From Torpedo marmorata (taxonomy: Eukaryota): a DNA stretch of 64,000 nucleotides. The stretch covers positions 15,810,001 through 15,874,000 of the forward strand of contig OZ360232.1 of the NCBI GenBank assembly GCA_977017645.1. The letters run 5' to 3'. The notes beneath the pieces were generated by a model. It was not told the origin of the DNA. It made no database searches and saw only the letters and a program-made list of their open reading frames with translations. Both the position numbers and the translations under genes were made by a program. Positions 61,880 to 64,000 of this stretch are shown piece after piece (positions within the stretch are counted from its first letter, which is position 1; every line of letters starts with the position of its first letter).

Positions 61880-63368
61880 AAAATTCTCTGGATTCTGGGC
61901 AGGTCCCGGCAGATTGGAAGACAGCAAATGTCACACCACTTTTTAAGAAGGGATGTAGGCAGAAGACTGGGAACTATCGGCCAATTAGCTTAACGTCTGT
62001 AGTTGGGAAAATGCTTGAAGCTGTCATTAAGGATGAAATAGTGAGTCATTTAGAACGAAAGGGTTCAATCAGGAAGACGCAGCATGGGTTTAGGAAGGGC
62101 AGATCTTGTTTGACAAACTTGTTAGAGTTCTTTGAGGACATAATGGGTGCGGTAGATAGAGGGGAACAGGTTGATGTTGTATATTTGGATTTCCAGAAAG
62201 CATTTGATAAGGTGCCGCACAAGAGACTTATCAGCAAGTTACAGGTGAATGGAGACCAGGGAAGTATATTGGCATGGAATGACGAATGGTTGTCTGACAG
62301 GAGGCAGAGAGTCAGGATAAATGGGTGTTTTTCTGATTGGCAGACAGTGGTAAGTGGGGTGCCGCAGGGGTCGGTGCTGGGCCCACAACTGTTCATCATT
62401 TACATTGATGATTTGGAGGAGGGGACAAAATGTGGTGTAGCCAAGTTTGCGGATGATACTAAATTGAGTGAAAGAGCAAATTGTACTGAGGATGTGGAGA
62501 GGCTGCAGAGGGATATAGTTAAGTTAGGTGAGTGGGCAAAGGTCCGGCAGATGGAGTACAATGTTAGTAAGTGCGAGGTTATCCACTTTGGCAAGAAAAA
62601 TAAAAGAGCAGAGTATTATTTAAGTGGTGAAAAACTGCAGCATGCTGTTGTGCAAAGGAATTGGGAGTTCTTGTGCACGAATCGCAAGTTGCAGGTGCAG
62701 CAGGTTATTAAGAAGGCAAATGGAATGTTGGCCTTCATCGCTAGAGGAATTGAATTCAGGAGCAAGGAGGTAATGTTGCAACTGTACAAGGTACTGGTGA
62801 GACCGCACCTGGAGTACTGTGTGCAGTTCTGGTCTCCATATTTGAGGAAGGATATACTGGCCTTGGAGGCAGTCCAGAGGAGGTTTACTAGGTTGATCCC
62901 TGAGATGAAGGGGTTGACATGATGAAAGATTAAATCGTCTGGGATTATACTCGCTCGAGTTCAGAAGAATGAGAGGAGATCTTATAGAAACATAGAATTA
63001 TGAAGGGGATGGATAGGATAGAGGTAGGAAGGTTTTTTCACTGGCGGGTGAGACCAAAACTAGGGGACACAGCCTCAAGATTCGGGGGAGTAGGTTTAGG
63101 ACAGAGATGAGGAAAAACAGTTTTTCCCAAAGAGTGGTGAATTTGTGGAATTCTCTACCCAGGGAAGTGGTTGAGGCTGCTTGATTTAACATATTTAAGG
63201 TTCAGTTGGATAGATTTTTACATAAAAAAGGAATTAGGGGATATGGGGAAAGGGCAGGAAGGTGGAGTTAGGTCATTGATCAGATCAGCCATGATCTTAT
63301 TGAATGGCGGAGCAGGCTCGATGGGCCGGTTGGCCTACTCTTGTTCCTAATTTCTTATGTTCTTATGT
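61880..63368 (+). mobile_element. 5'-truncated CR1-clade LINE with largely open RT domain
   Basis: ORF 61825..62922 (NYRPISLTSV, DFQKAFDKV, GVPQGSVLGP, KFADDTK). Tail ttcttatgttcttatg. Confidence 0.93.
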
Positions 63369-63960
63369 CATAGTGAAGAAAACACTTCAGCGCCTCTACT
63401 TCCTCAGGAGTTTGCTGAGGTTTGGTCTGACATCGGAAACCTGGGCAAACTTCTAAATGTGTGGTGGAAAGTGTGCTGACCGACTGCATCATAGCCTGTT
63501 ATGGGGGCACCTCTGAGTGTAAAGCTCTACAAACAGTGATGTACAGACCAGTACATCACAGGCAAAATTTTCCCTACCATCAAGAAAATCTACATGGAAC
63601 GCCGCCGTCGGAGAGCAGCAGCAAACTTCAAGGATCTCGCTGCTGCCATCAGGAAAGAGGTACTGGTGCCACAAGACTCGCACCACCATGTACAGGAACA
63701 ATTGCTACCCCTCCACCATCAGACTCTGAAACAACAGACTCATTTAAGGACTCTTACTTTGCACATTTATTACTGAACATTTATTATTTTCTGTATTTGC
63801 ACAATTAGTTTACATTTCTTTTTCTTTTTACATTTCTCTCTTTTGTATACGAATCTTTTTCTTGAGTTCAGTTTACACTACCGTTAAGTAGAAATTCTGC
63901 CTGGCCCACAGGAAAAAAATAATCTCAGGGTTGTATGTGATGTCATATATAAATTTGAAC
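63369..63960 (+). mobile_element. Rex1/Babar 3' fragment (host of the CR1 insertion; short left remnant near 61850-61880)
   Basis: QRLYFLRSLLRFG...VESVLTDCIIACYGG. 3' UTR as at 49620-49870. Confidence 0.8.
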
Positions 63961-64000
63961 TTGTATCTGTCAGCAAGTAAAGGATGAACTATGAACACGA

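Overview
Vertebrate genomic DNA, most likely from a shark or ray (inferred from HE1/V-SINE-type SINEs sharing a tail with CR1-clade LINEs). The window lies inside one minus-strand gene, FNIP1 (folliculin-interacting protein 1). I traced 12 consecutive coding exons (equivalent to human exons 2-13, numbering recalled from the human gene) from 59220 down to 3809. All have AG/GT splice sites and continuous phase; exon 1 and exon 14 onward lie outside the window. The introns are filled with transposons: L1, CR1, Rex1/Babar and RTE LINEs, a decayed Gypsy element, Penelope-like fragments, tRNA-derived SINEs, and Tc1/mariner-type and hAT MITEs, plus two tandem arrays (27 x 52 bp; about 11 x 46 bp). 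Nearly all long ORFs in the ORF track are retroelement remnants. Main observations: (1) several Penelope-terminus minimal hammerhead-ribozyme motifs, mostly with a non-canonical UUGAUGA core, including a near-perfect fold-back of two opposed copies; (2) a five-level nested retrotransposon stack in intron 12; (3) a frame-preserving cassette-type exon 7 in which a 2-aa insertion alters the motif of one AMPK site, followed by RBFOX-type motifs; (4) a nearly homogeneous 52-bp array just upstream of that exon. All family assignments come from motif recognition, not database searches.
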